A stretch of 64,000 nucleotides of DNA from the human T2T-CHM13v2.0 reference genome, Homo sapiens. The notes beneath the pieces were generated by a model that was not told the origin of the DNA, did not search any database, and worked only from the letters and a program-made list of their open reading frames with translations. Position numbers and translations under genes: made by a program. Within the stretch, counting starts at the first letter, position 1. Each line of letters begins with the position of its first letter. The DNA lies in the NCBI RefSeq assembly GCF_009914755.1, contig NC_060934.1. One strand, given 5' to 3'. Shown here in pieces: positions 1 to 13,833 of the stretch.

Positions 1-86
1 ATGGTCTCTATCTCCTGACCTCGTGATCTGCCCGCCTCGGCCTCCCAAAGTGCTGGGATTACAGGCATGAGCCACCACGCCCAGCC
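1..86 (-). mobile_element. Alu, 5' end (element cut by window edge)
   Basis: Reverse complement of the Alu left-arm start (gcctcccaaagtgctgggattacaggcatgagccaccacgcccagcc). Confidence 0.95.
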
Positions 87-299
87 GGGCCTGGCTAATT
101 TCTTACAGGGCTTTCATGTCAGGTTTAGATACTGTATCTCGAGTCAACATTCTAAGCAACTCTTTAGATGCCCAAGTAGGGCTGGAAACCCTACCCATAC
201 ATGTCTTTTCAGGAAATCTTTGTGCATGGGCTCTGACAGTAGACTCCTCACTTGTTTGTGACATCAGCTTTACACAAAGCTGCACTGGTGGTTTTTATT

Positions 300-480
300 A
301 CATCTCAGTGCAAACTATATTCACACTTGAATATCACTCTCAAAGCATCCCTGCTACTTTTTATCAGTCCCATTTTACAGGTGAGAAAATTGAGGAGCAA
401 AGAGATAAATGACTTAACTATCAAGGACACAAAGGACATGATAGAGGCTGAACTCTGAATTAGAATTTTTGACTTCCAGA
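300..480. mobile_element. MIR fragment
   Basis: MIR core-like cccattttacaggtgagaaaattgagg...gacttaac; boundaries approximate. Confidence 0.7.
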
Positions 481-748
481 AGAGTATGCAGGAATTTCTT
501 TTAAAAAATTATTTTCTTAAAGCTAAAAACTAGATAGGATTTTATTCATTCTGTAACAAGTATTAGCTCAAATCAGGCACAGTATCATGCCCCAATGTTC
601 ACAGTTGAAACTGTCAACACTTTGTTTGAATGTATACATGAGGGAAAAAAAATATTCTTTTAAAAGTTGAAAAGCAACAAAGTAAATTTTATTTTTCCAA
701 GGATATAACATAAAGAAGGGAAATTTTCATATATAGAAGGGAAAATGA

Positions 749-1036
749 GGCCAGGTGCCGTAGTTCATGCCTGTAATCCCTACACTTTGGGAGGCTGAGG
801 TGGGCAGATTGATTGACTCAAGAGTTTGAGATCGGCCTGGGCAACATGGTGAAACCCCATCTCTACCAAAAGTACCAAAAATTAGCCAGGCAATGCGGCC
901 CATGCCTGTAGCCTCAGTTACTCGGGAGGATCGCTTGAGCCTGGAAGGTGGAGACTGCAGTGAGCCAAGGTTGTGCCACTGCAGCACTCCAGCCTGGGTG
1001 ACAGAGCAAGACCCCATCTCAAAAAAAAAAAAAAAA
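749..1036 (+). mobile_element. AluJ-like SINE with a small right-arm deletion
   Basis: Dimeric Alu, J-type gatcgcttgagcc and gaccccatctc, poly(A) tail, imperfect TSD aagggaaaatga/aagagaaaatga. Confidence 0.93.
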
Positions 1037-1981
1037 GAGAAAATGAGAAGCAAACAAATTCATAATTCATGGTCTTAGTAAAAACAATAAACCCACTTTG
1101 CTATTAATACAAGCCCATTAAAACTAATTAAATCTAGTCCCAAGGACTTTCAGGAAACCTGCATGATACTGAAATTCTCTTACCTACAAAATTGATTTTT
1201 GGGGGGTCAGCTCTTTATGTAAAATGACTACAGCACGACAAAAATCTGTCTGGAATATGCTGAATGTCTTAAAAATTAGGAGTCAAAGAAAGTAATATAA
1301 TCAGGTATCTGTTTGTCTACCAGTATATGTTACTATTCAGTATGTAATTCAGTGCTAAGTAATCCGGGAATTAAAAAAATAGGATTATACCATAGAAGTA
1401 TCAAATAAGGATGGCATAGACACAAATATAGCAATTGACCCATATTTAAGCCAACAGACAGTTTGGAAAAGGACTCTGAAACCATTTTGTTCTTGAAAAT
1501 GCTATCAATTTAAATGGCAATTTTGATTTTAGCAGTTGATTAAAACTATTTCAGACAGAAGTATATGCCACTGAGCTGTTTCTGCCCTGAAGTAAAAGTA
1601 ATGGTTCAGATTCAATTTAAATTTTGCTGGCAAACGTGCTATTTAGCATTACTTGAATGTGAAAATACTGGTGAAGGTTTAACAACTCAGGATATAACAT
1701 TCTGAAATGGTGCTGAATATTTTTGAAGAGAAGGAGAAGATGAAGAGGCAATAACTCATTGAGAGCAAACTGGCTTAAGAGTTGACATTTCCTAGAGGCA
1801 GGCACCAAAATGTATTTTGCCCTTCCACCGTTTCTGCATAGAAAGCAAAGTGAATCTATCCGTTTCCTCATAAAAGTTAAATGGAAACCTTGTCAACAGA
1901 ATGACTATTAGTAATAACTGAACGTCGGAAAATAAAACATACAGGAGAGTGGATATTAGCAGTTAAAAAGTAAGAACAGCC

Positions 1982-2280
1982 GGCCAGGCATGGTGGCTCA
2001 CGCCTGTAATCCCAGCACTTTGGGAGGCCGAGGCAGGTGGATCACGAGGTCAGGAGATCGAGACCATCCTGGCTAACATGGTGAAACCCCGCCTCTACTA
2101 AAAAAATACAAAAAATTAGCTGGGCGTGGTGGCGGGCGCCTGTAGTCCCAGCTACTCGGGAGGCTGAGGCAGGAGAATGGCGTGAACCTGGGAGGCAGAG
2201 CTAGCAGTGAGCCGAGATCGCACCACCGCACTCCAGCCTGGGAGACAGAGCGAGACTCCATCTCAAAAAAAAAAAAAAAA
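1982..2280 (+). mobile_element. AluY
   Basis: Y diagnostics gagatcgagaccatcctggctaac and gaatggcgtgaacc; TSD aaaaagtaagaacag on both sides. Confidence 0.97.
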
Positions 2281-2898
2281 GTAAGAACAGGGTAACAGAG
2301 AATAGAAGAACAGCCTTAGAAATGAGTTTGAATAAAAAGGTACTACATCTGTCTGGATGGGCAGGAAAAGTAACGGGATTTGTTCAGCAGGTTGTATTGT
2401 TTTGTTTTTTTCTGCTATGCTCTGGCATGGATTATCAAAGTGAAGCTACCCACAGGTTATCCTACAAGTTGGGAAGGTATGGGGAAAAAAACGTCCTGCG
2501 TGGCTGTGGAATTTTGCCTTCACTTCACTGGGTGAGATACATGTTCATAAAAGTTATCCGAAGTGTTGCTTTTCTAATGCATCAAATTGCTCTTTTCTTC
2601 CTAAGTTAGGGCTACATGGGAAGTTGAGCACTGACATTGCTCAAAAAATATTCGTCATGGTAGAAACAGTAAGCAATTGCAGCAGCAGTGGTAGTGACAG
2701 TAGCAGCAACAATAATAATACAATGGTAAGTGATAATTTAAAAAAAAACAAAATCATGATTTTCATACAGGCATAAAAAGGATTTGGGTCAAAGATTTTA
2801 TTTTACTTGTAACAAGGGAACCTGGCAAATGTTGTGACCAGTCAAAGGAGAAGTTCAAAAAGCACCACTTTTTACAGATTAAAAGAATGTAGAAATGA

Positions 2899-3188
2899 GG
2901 CCAGGTGCGGTGGCTCACACCTGTAATCGCAGCACTTTGGGAGGCCGAAGCGGGTAGATCAGGACCACCCTGTGATCATGTTCAAGTTCAAGACCAGCCT
3001 GGCCAAGACGGTGAAATCCTGTCTCTACTAAAAATACAAAAATTAGCCAGGCATGGTGGCCTGTAATCCTAGCTACTGGAAAGGCTGAGGCAGAGAACTG
3101 CTTGAACTGGGGAGGCTGCAGTAAGCCAAGACTGCGCCACTGTACTCCAGCCTGGGCGACAGAGCGAGACTCCATCTAAAAAAAAAAT
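2899..3188 (+). mobile_element. AluS-like SINE with internal indels
   Basis: Alu dimer with TSD agaatgtagaaatga (2884-2898 / 3189-3203); B-box region rearranged near 2960-2990. Confidence 0.93.
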
Positions 3189-4069
3189 AGAATGTAGAAA
3201 TGAATGTACAAATGCAGGCAAAACTACCTGGGGTCAGGGGAGTCAACTGAGCCTCTATACAAGGGAACAGAATTTACTTGTCTATAGCTAAAAATTATTT
3301 TGCACTGCTATCATTCATCTACAATTTAAATAATTATAAAATAGCTTTCATAGAATCAGATAACTACCAGAAGGGTATGCTACAGACAAAATGCATATTT
3401 TTCTGCTGAGGCACATTTTTCTCCCTATACCAGTGAATTATTTGAGCTCAACCTTGGCCCCTAGGATCCTTAGAAATCAGTTATAACCACACATGAAAGT
3501 CAAATGCACAAGTTCTCTCAGACATTATCCTGACCACCACTTGCCTTTCGTCGTACCAAAAAAATCAGAAGCATATTGTTTTCAGCCCTACAATTTTCCC
3601 ATTTGCAAATGAGGCATCCCAATGATATCACAGCAGGCAAGAAAAGTGCTGATCATTCTGGATGATATGACCAGAGTGTGTCGCCTGCATAATGTGATTA
3701 GTGCTGGTACTCTTTGGGAAGATGAGACAGCCCAATTTGTAAGAGACTTAAACTCAATGTTTCCAATACTCAGGAAACCTTGCTTAGTGCCTATCTTGCA
3801 GTTATAAAGTAATATCCATGTTTTTTTTTCTAAAAATGAAAGGAAATATGTCTAAAATCACAAGAGAAACATATGGGACTCAATTTCCATTGCTATTTTT
3901 TTCTTGGATTTTCTCTTCATTTAGGGAAAAGGAAAGAGGTAGGAGGACTGCATAACATTCTCTTTAACATCCTTTTTTTTTTTTCTTTATAAAGCTGCAC
4001 CAGATTAGCCTGGTCCTTTAAGCCCTTACATATAGCGCTGCCATTCCAAGGCAGGTACCACATTAAATT

Positions 4070-4195
4070 ATTCTCTGATATTCTTTCTCCTGGTAATTTT
4101 AACTCCCCTGAAGGCAAGAACCATCCATTACTTACCTTTAGACTCAGCACCTTGTCTGGCCCACAGTGGGTGTCTTATAAATAGTTGGTGAACTC
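4070..4195 (+). mobile_element. L2 3' end fragment
   Basis: aactcccctgaaggcaagaacc...cagcaccttgtctggcccacagtgggtgtcttataaatagttggtgaa follows the L2 3'-tail consensus order. Confidence 0.65.
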
Positions 4196-5713
4196 CGCCT
4201 GTCCCCTGAGCCACACTCTGTGTGCCTGCCCTCACCTCTGTGTCCCTGACTGTCACTGCCTCTGAACTTACAACTCATTTTCCCATGCTTGCAGCTTTGA
4301 TATGCTCCTGACACTTCACTGCTGCCACAGATTCTCTTATTTTGACCAAATGCTTTTCTCTTTGACAACATCTGGACTATACTAAATTACTTATGCTGCT
4401 ACAGAACAATTCTCCCCAACTCAGCCCCCAGTAAAACACTGCCCCAATTCATCTCATCTCTAAGCATGTTACACTCATCCACATAGAAGCCATGTTGCAA
4501 GTCATCTGAAGGAAAACTATAAACAAGACCAGACAGAGTTTCCTTTACTTAGGAAACCTTTCAAAGTAGCATCAGAAATGAGAGAAATATATACTCCTCT
4601 ACTAATGGCTTTCCTAAAATGTTTATATAGACACTGTGGTTTCAAGGGTAAGAGTATAACCTGGCCATTTTGCAGAAAAACAACAACAACAAAAGACAGT
4701 AAATAAATTCAAAACCATGCTTCTCCTTGGTGAACCACTTCTCTCCAACACACTAAGTAGCATTCTTTCTCCACTGTCTCCCAAGCTCCTTCTCCACCAC
4801 CTCCCAGTAACCGCCCTCTCAAATGGCCACTTCCCCTAGTGGGAGGTGCATGGGTAGGGAGAGGAAAGAGGAAGGACTTTGCATTCGTGACCATATATTC
4901 TGGTTACTTCCCAGATTCAGCAGATTTGTTCACTGTCTGCTTCTAATTAAGGAGAAGACCTCACTTAAATGCAACAGACGAGCAGCCTTGCAAATAGAAG
5001 AAGAGAAGCTTAATGTGCAAAGCCTCCTTGTGCGAATGTCAGGCCCCATAATTTCATAAACATATTCTAATACATACATTCACATGTTTATATCCGCTGC
5101 TTTTACATAATTCGTTGGCCTCTTATTTAAAAGTGCCTGAGCTAAGGGTAGTGTGTAACTATTCATGCAAAATAATAGCTACAAGAATAAGCTCGGCTTC
5201 TGAAAGCTCATGCCTTTGCAGTGTCAAAATAACAGCACTCATACAGCTGGCTTGATTACCTGAACTACTAGGGTCATTCACGATGGCCTTTCTTGTCATG
5301 AGGACTCCCAACCTCTGGCTTCTTTCATTTTTTTGATGTTCAATTAAGAAACACATTTTGTTTTTGCAAGGAGACCTAGGTAGGGGTGGGATAATGGAGC
5401 AAATGGCACAATTTCATCTCACACTCCTTTTATTCTTAAAGGTGCACTTTAACATGACAACCAGTCTTAAACTATTTTAAAGGCTGACAACTTGACCTGG
5501 AACAAAAATAAGCTGTATTAGATACTTTCAGATATACAGTTAATGCGAAACCACTATTATCTTTTTTACATTAAGAGAAGGGCAGAATGCCATCCCCTTT
5601 CATTTCTCCAGTAAATCAAACTGAATTATTCATTAGCACGAAATGTTTCCAATCCACCCCCTACCACATACACACACCAATACCTCATTTTAAAAAACTG
5701 GTGGTTATATCTC

Positions 5714-5727
5714 CTCTAAAAATAACC
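5714..5727 (+). promoter_or_regulatory. MEF2 consensus site (CTAAAAATAA)
   Basis: ctctaaaaataacc matches YTA(A/T)4TAR and the flanks of the classic muscle creatine kinase enhancer MEF2 site; lies in a repeat-poor stretch. Confidence 0.35.
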
Positions 5728-6119
5728 TCTCTGATACACTGAGCTCCAAAAGTTTAGGACTTTGCAAAGATTAATTTCTGTGGTTAGTAAAGCTAACAGT
5801 CTCTAGAGTAGAATCAGACTGCAAAGACAAGAAATGAGCAATTAAGAAGTATGTCCTTGTATTATTTTTCAGTTCTCCCATTTGTTGCTGACTACAGAAG
5901 TTTGGTGCTGAATAATTCTTGGAATCTGAGGTTGGTCAGAGGTGACTCTAAGTAAATTCTTCAGGAATAAGTAGTAAGAAAACTTCTAAAGTACCACATT
6001 TTGCCAAATGAAGACAGGTCCTAAAATGCCTTCCAAGAGCCTGCATTAAAATATAGATTTACGTAATTCAGGTTTAATGGAAAAAAACAGGTAATGCCCA
6101 GCACTTCTAACAACTAAAA

Positions 6120-6221
6120 ACATACACACACGAACATACACACACATAAACTGGCAAATATGGACACACACACCACTGCCACCACAAAACATACATACAC
6201 ACACACAGATGCACACACACA
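6120..6221 (+). repeat. Degenerate (CA)n-rich low-complexity tract
   Basis: Interrupted cacacac/catacac runs. Confidence 0.85.
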
Positions 6222-7255
6222 AATAGGCAAACATCATTTGTCTTCTCTAAGATCAGATCTCTGGGCACTGAAGTCTGTATTTCACATGGAATCTCATTTT
6301 CCATCTTCTACTCTGACAGTTTTGCATCTGCTGTGTCCTGTTTCATTAACAGGAGCTCATCAGAGCCACATCAAAAAGTGAAGATGCATGGTTGCTATTA
6401 CCATTTATAGCACCATTTGTTTCATTTAAGAAAACGTGCTTAGTCCCTGGCCTTAAATTACACAGAAGAAACAGGATTCTGGAGTTCAGGGTACACATTT
6501 TTTCTCTCATCTCTTCACTTTGTCAGAGGAGAAATCACTTTGAGTTGACTTACAAGACAAACTGTTTCCATTTGCACCAGCAGAAGCTTGGCTCTGGCAA
6601 ACAATAATTTAGCTTCAGGGACTTCTGAGCCATTCTAGTTTCCAAATCAGGCACTAGCCTCCAGATTATACCTCCTTAATTCAGGTTTTACAAATTCAGC
6701 CAGGGGCTGGGCTCAAATTTACTTCCTCATGATGAAAACGGGATTTCTGAAGTGTAACAGGATAAGGGGAAATTTTATTATCTTAATAACTGATACCAGA
6801 ATTCTTCTTAAGAGTAACATTGGATTTGGTTGAAAATATACCTGGATCATGGTTTGTTGTTTGGAAAAAAAAATCTCAGCAGATGTCAGCTGGGCCAGGC
6901 ATCACAGGAGGGAAAGTTTGGGGTTTCTAGGGGCAAGCCAGAAAGAATCAGGTGAGGAGGGAAGCAGAGAAGTGGGAGAAGGGGAGAACTCACCTATGAT
7001 AGGGCAGAAAACTGTACTCCCAGTGACACCACATCACCCTCTCCCCATCAGCAATTAAGTCCGCAGAATTAACAATGATTTGAAATAAATAATTTTTTAA
7101 AATGTTGTTACTGTAAAAAACAGAGAGAAGTTTGTACCTTCTGTGTGCAATGCACACCCAGCAGTTGATGTCAAAGTGGTCCTGAGAACATGCTCCCATC
7201 TTTCCCCCCAAAACCGGCTGAAATGTTGGGAAGATTTTTAGGTATGAGTCCATTT

Positions 7256-7561
<306 letters not shown>

Positions 7562-8149
7562 TCAATTTTACCTCAAACCTGAATTTCTGTATGCTTCAAG
7601 CTAATACCTGGCTTACACAAAATGGAGGTTTCAATTAGTTTTTACAGGCAAGAAGATTGAACAAATAAATACAAGATAATAAGTGATATTCATATATCTA
7701 AGATACTCTTCAACATATGGGCTCAAATAAATATAATATGAGGCCAAGTATGAAGTGTGAGACTAGGGGTGAGGGGAAGGGGCAATGCCAGTTTAGGGAA
7801 GGGTAGGAAAGGAAGATATCAGTGACTATTTTGAGAGAACACTAGAAGATGGATGTTATTTGTAGAAGCAAAAATAGTGGGAGATTTAATAGAGATCATG
7901 TAAAGAATTTTTTTGTATAAATTTCTTGACATCTTGCCACTTTGGGTTGAAGGATAATAAAAATGTTTTCCTAATGACTACCAGGCTAGTCTCTGGAGTG
8001 ACTAGCCCAAGTCTTGAACAGAGGAGCTCCTTAATGTTAAATTGAATCCCAAAATGAAGCTCAGCATAAAAATAGGCAGAGAGGCAGGAAGGGGCAGAGT
8101 GTAGACAAGGCATTTTTAAACGTGTAGTTTGCCTGGAATTTAAGATGTG

Positions 8150-8463
8150 TGACAGGGATTGTTGTAAAGGGAATATGGTTATGTTGGGCTGGTGCCAGAT
8201 GTAAAGGTCTCTAAAATGAAATGTCATTACCTCTTTAGGCAGTGGGGAGTGCAATGGGAGGACTCTTGGCCAGGGAAATGTAGGATGAGGCACGTTTCAG
8301 ACCAATTACTCCAACATCGTATACAGAACAGAGGGGGGTCAAGTTTGCTGGTGAAGAAGCCTGGTAGAAGGCTTTTTAGTAATCTACTTATAAGCAAAGA
8401 CATGGGGGTTCAATCTGGGATAGGAGTAATAGGAAGGAAGGAAGTAGGACATTGTAAGAGATA
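8150..8463 (-). mobile_element. L2 fragment
   Basis: Purine-rich gaagcctggtagaaggctttttagtaatc...aggaaggaagtaggac resembles antisense L2; highly diverged. Confidence 0.45.
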
Positions 8464-8478
8464 GAAATAAACGATTTA

Positions 8479-8701
8479 GCAACCTCCGTCTCCCGGGTTC
8501 AAGCGATTCTCCTGCCTCAGCCTCCCATGTAGTTGGGATTACAGGCACGTGCCACCACACCCAGCTAATTTTTATATTTTTAGCAGAGACAGGGTTTCAT
8601 CATGTTGGCCAGGCTGGTCTGGAAATCGTGCCCTCAGGTGATCTGCCTGCCTCAACCTCCTAAAGTGCTGGTATTACAGGGGTAAGCCACTGCACCCAGC
8701 T
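8479..8701 (-). mobile_element. AluS, 3'-truncated and without a poly(A) tail
   Basis: Alu from its 5' end to ...ggaggttgc only; flanked by gaaataaacgattta (8464-8478) and gaaataaactgttta (8702-8716). Confidence 0.92.
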
Positions 8702-9911
8702 GAAATAAACTGTTTATAAGCAGGTATTTGCTTCAAGTCAGCTTAACAGCTATTTATTAAGCATCTTCTATGTTCTCCGGCAAAGGCAGTTAAACCTGGC
8801 TCTAAAAGGATTCACACCAATCTGTTATTATTGGTTATATGTGAGATTTGAATTGAAAGAGAAGGAATTTATTAACTTTTCTTTCTTCATATATTTTCCT
8901 TTCCTTTGGGTTCTTACAGTAGTAATGTGTCACAATTATGATTCTGAAGGAAAAAATATCCAAGAATACATAAATCTTAAAAAATGTGTTACACAGCAAA
9001 TGAACACAGCGAAGACCACTGAATTTGTATGCCAAGGACAAGAACGGCCCTGAGCAAATTAAAAATCATCCTATCTCATTATTAAAGCAGGCCCAGGAGC
9101 ATCACCACAAAAGGTGTTAAGCTATTACTTTGTGGTTTTGAATATAGCCCTAAGTAATAAAGCCATGATTCAATTTAAAATGTTACATTTTTCATGCTTC
9201 TCATTAAGCCAAACTAATATCTCTCTCAATAATTCTGAATTAGTAAGGTCAGACCGTATTGGAACTAAAAATAATTATGGAATGAGTGAATCTTCCCAGT
9301 CTCCTTTAATTACTGTGTCAGACCAGGAGCCTGGGAAAGCTCCTACCTGAGACTAATTTAGGAAGCTTTGAGAAACAGCCACTCTTTTGGGCCATTAGAT
9401 GCCTTGTCTCTCTCACTGTGAGCAACTGTCTCCAGCCCACATAGCACATAATGAAGCAAAAACTATAGCTAATGAGTTCTCATTTCTATAGCTCCCAAAA
9501 CCTGGGAGAATGTAAGAACACATAGCATAGCTTTCCTGAATATGCTATATTACATGAATTGTATGTTTGCTGGAATTGCATACCTGCAAACTAAGATAAT
9601 TGTGCCTAGAAAATCCAGGCTGCATTCCACACAGAGAATGTCGTATGTGTCCACCAAGAGGCAACCGGTAGGTTCCATGATTGTCTCTTCATAATGGAAC
9701 AAGTCTGATTTTAAAACCTAGAGGAAATAACAAGGGTTATTTTTAAACACAGATGTAAAAGTGCCAGATGCCTTTTGTCCTACTAATTGCTGACATGCAT
9801 CATTCAAGGTGGGAGTTGTTACTGAGATTCCATTAGGGGACTGACAGTCTTACAGAAATCAGCTTTGGTTTGTATCACTGGGCCCACTCATTACTATAAA
9901 AAGTTGTTCTA

Positions 9912-10215
<304 letters not shown>

Positions 10216-10365
10216 CTACAATAGGTACTTAGCAGCATAAGTAATATATTTGCAGCTCATATCAGCATCCTTCCAATGGGGTAGCAATATAAGAATATTT
10301 TGTATATTTATGTATAGCCAAAGTATGCATGTGTTGTGTGTATAGAGAGAATAATAAATTCCCAT

Positions 10366-10367
<2 letters not shown>

Positions 10368-10405
<38 letters not shown>
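10368..10405 (+). repeat. (GT)19 microsatellite
   Basis: Uninterrupted gt dinucleotide run. Confidence 0.97.
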
Positions 10406-10407
<2 letters not shown>

Positions 10408-10825
10408 TAATCCACAGACTCACTTCCTCTTAGCTATCTCATACAACAAGAATATTAATCTTTTAAATAAGGGCCTAAGGCAGAATATTGGATCTAATGC
10501 ATTCTTAGTGTCTATTTCAGATCTAAAAATCTAGCCATAAAAATGCACCATCATGTCATCATGTTGTACTGTAATCCTTAGGGTAATGACATTATCTGCA
10601 GTGTCGGTCTAATTCTGGATGGAGTCTCTGGCCTTGTGAAGGAGGCTGCCTGAGATGAAGGCATCTCACAGAGAAGATCCTACCTCTGGCTCAGGACTAG
10701 TGTGCCTCTTGTTACATAATTAACATGGCCCTGAATAGTTGGGAAGAAGGAAGGGGGCAGGGAATAACAGAAACTCATGATTCAAAAGCAATCCACAACA
10801 AATCCCTTTTTAAAGCAGAGAATAC

Positions 10826-11211
<386 letters not shown>

Positions 11212-11235
11212 TCAGTTCCCTTCTTTGGTAATTCC

Positions 11236-11594
11236 TGTATTAGTCTGTTATCACACTGCTAATGAAGACATACCCAAGACTGGGTAACTTATAAAGAAAA
11301 AGTGGTCAGTGGACTCACAGTTCCACATGGTGGAGGAGGCCTAGCAATCATGGTGGAGAGAAAAAGAAGAGCAAAAGGATGTCTTCCATGGGAGCAGGCA
11401 AGAGAGGTTGTGCAGGGGAACTCCCATTTATAAAACCACAAGATCTCGAGACTTATTCATACTGTTCTCATCAGAACAGTATGGAGGAAATGACCCCCAT
11501 GAGTCAATCATCTCCACTTGACCCCACCTTTGACTTGTGGGGATTATTACAATTCAAGGTGAGATTTGGGTGGGGACACAGCCAAACCATATCA
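11236..11594 (-). mobile_element. THE1 (THE1C-like) MaLR solo LTR
   Basis: Minus strand starts TGATATGGTTTGGCTGTGTCCCCACCCAAATCTCA and ends ...ACTAATACA; 5-bp TSD attcc/tttcc. Confidence 0.92.
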
Positions 11595-11989
11595 TTTCCT
11601 GATTAAACCTCGTGATTTACCAGAAGTGGCTACTCTTCTGGGAAGCCCTCCTTACAATACTCTTCTATAGGTCCATACTTTGGGCTGCAGGCTGGCATCA
11701 TTAAAAATATAAAACTTTTCATCTGCACTCTAGTCGAGGCATTTTTAAAGGACAAAATTATAAATTCCCATAAATATGCTGGTATGTGTGTGTGGGTGGG
11801 TGGGCCTGTGCGTGTATGTGACAGTGAATTTCTAAAGAAAGCCAAAGCAGTGACCCTACAAAACAAAAGCAGCAAGTCATCCAGCCCTGATTAAACTTTC
11901 TCCAGTTGCCTGCCAATATGGAAAGATATTTTAATGTAAACCACTGAAAAACAATATGCCTATATAGAGTAAGAGCCCCGGGGTGGTCA

Positions 11990-12660
11990 CAGCTAAGAAA
12001 ATTCCAGCTACAGCAATCAACTCTAAGGAAATAATTGAGATATGGTCAAAGATCTCCGCATAAGGGAATCCCATCACGGCATTATTTATAATAGAAAATG
12101 AAAAGCCAAGAGAGGCTTGGTTGCTCGCACCTATAATCCCAGCACTTTGGGAGGCTGGGGTGAGAGATCACTTGAGCCCAAGAGTTTGAAGCTGCAGTGA
12201 GCTATGATTGTGCCACTGTATTCCAGGCTGGGTGAGACAGAACGAGACTTTGTCTCTTTCGGGGGCGGGGGGTAGGGATGGGGGTGGAGAAAAAGCTGAA
12301 CACTATGTAAACTTTAAAAACTAGAGATTGTTCTAAATACAGAAATTTTAAATGTGGAATCATATAGATATGAGAAATTATGGTTTTTTTTGAAAACTTT
12401 CACAAATAAAGGCTGAAGATAAAATTTTAACTGAAAGACAGGAATTTTTTAAAAACTGCACAAGCATTATGTTCTAAAAGTTGTATTCCCTTTTTTCCAT
12501 ATGAATACCTACATATTATGTACACTTTATAATAAATGTTAACATAATTATCTCTTGGTAAAATTCTGCACAATTTATTTTCCTTTTTTGTACTTTTCTG
12601 TACCCTATGTATTTTCCACAATAAGATTATTTTACTGTTGTAATCATGGGGAAATTTTAT
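11990..12660 (+). mobile_element. Old L1M 3' fragments, interrupted by an Alu monomer
   Basis: attcca.cta..gcaatc.actctaaggaaata...catcacggcattatttataatag and tttttgtacttttctgta...tattttactg resemble L1ME/MC 3' regions. Confidence 0.5.
12113..12258 (+). mobile_element. Alu monomer (FAM/FRAM-like)
   Basis: Single arm ctataatcccagcactttgggaggc...gctgcagtgagctatgattgtgccactg...gactttgtctct; tail replaced by a G-rich tract. Confidence 0.85.
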
Positions 12661-13466
12661 TTAATGAGGTGGGACCATACAATATTTTAAAATGACAAAA
12701 ATAGGCATATGATTCTCACATATTTTGTGATATTAAAATTATATGAAGATTTCAGTCCCATTTTTATTCGTTTGTTGACACCTAACTATAACTATCCAAA
12801 TGAGAACCTATAATTATTTGGAATCAATAAATATTTCAATTTCTATACCACCATGATAGAAAATTATATCAATTGCCCATTCTTGATTTTGTGGTAATTT
12901 GTTGAGGACTGAGGTGTGTCATCTTTAGGCTGTATTTTGACCCACCTCCCCTTCATATTTCCCTGCATTGTCCAATTTAATACATATCACAGCACAGCAG
13001 CTTTATTTCTTTATGCCTCTCCTATTAGATTTTGAGTTATTTGAAGACTGAACTCTCATTTATGTACTCAATACATACTTATTGACACCTTAATATACCA
13101 TAAACCCTATTCTAGGTCCTCCTGGTAGAACAATGCAGCAGGAGAGAGGGAGGCATGGATGACAAAAAGCTCTTAACCTATATCCTTGTGTCTGTATCCC
13201 AGCTAGCCCTGTGCTTAGCACCTGACAGGTACTAGAAAAGCAGCTGTTCAATGAAAGAAACAAGGAAGACAGGGAGGAAAAACAGGTGTATTAAATCAGA
13301 GCAACAAGAGAATAAATAGATGGCACAGGGAAACACTATTTAATATAAGTAATGAACAGGTGAAAGAACCCCAGAAGGGTAATAAGTAGTAAGTCAGAAC
13401 TGTTTCTTTCTGGAAGGCAAAAGAAATTGGACTTTCAAAGAAGAGAACATGAAAATAGTAACTTTC

Positions 13467-13833
<367 letters not shown>

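Noticed and set aside
727-1053. 108-aa ORF and the many similar ORFs over Alus
   Set aside because: Alu-derived reading frames, not genes
4130-4190. TATA/MEF2-like ttataaatag plus a perfect minus-strand donor AAG|GTAAGT at 4136, resembling a promoter with a short first exon
   Set aside because: The stretch aligns with the L2 3' tail, which naturally contains the AT-rich word; there is no independent promoter evidence
7886-8293. 135-aa minus-strand ORF
   Set aside because: No recognisable domain, no clear splice context, and it overlaps a probable L2 remnant
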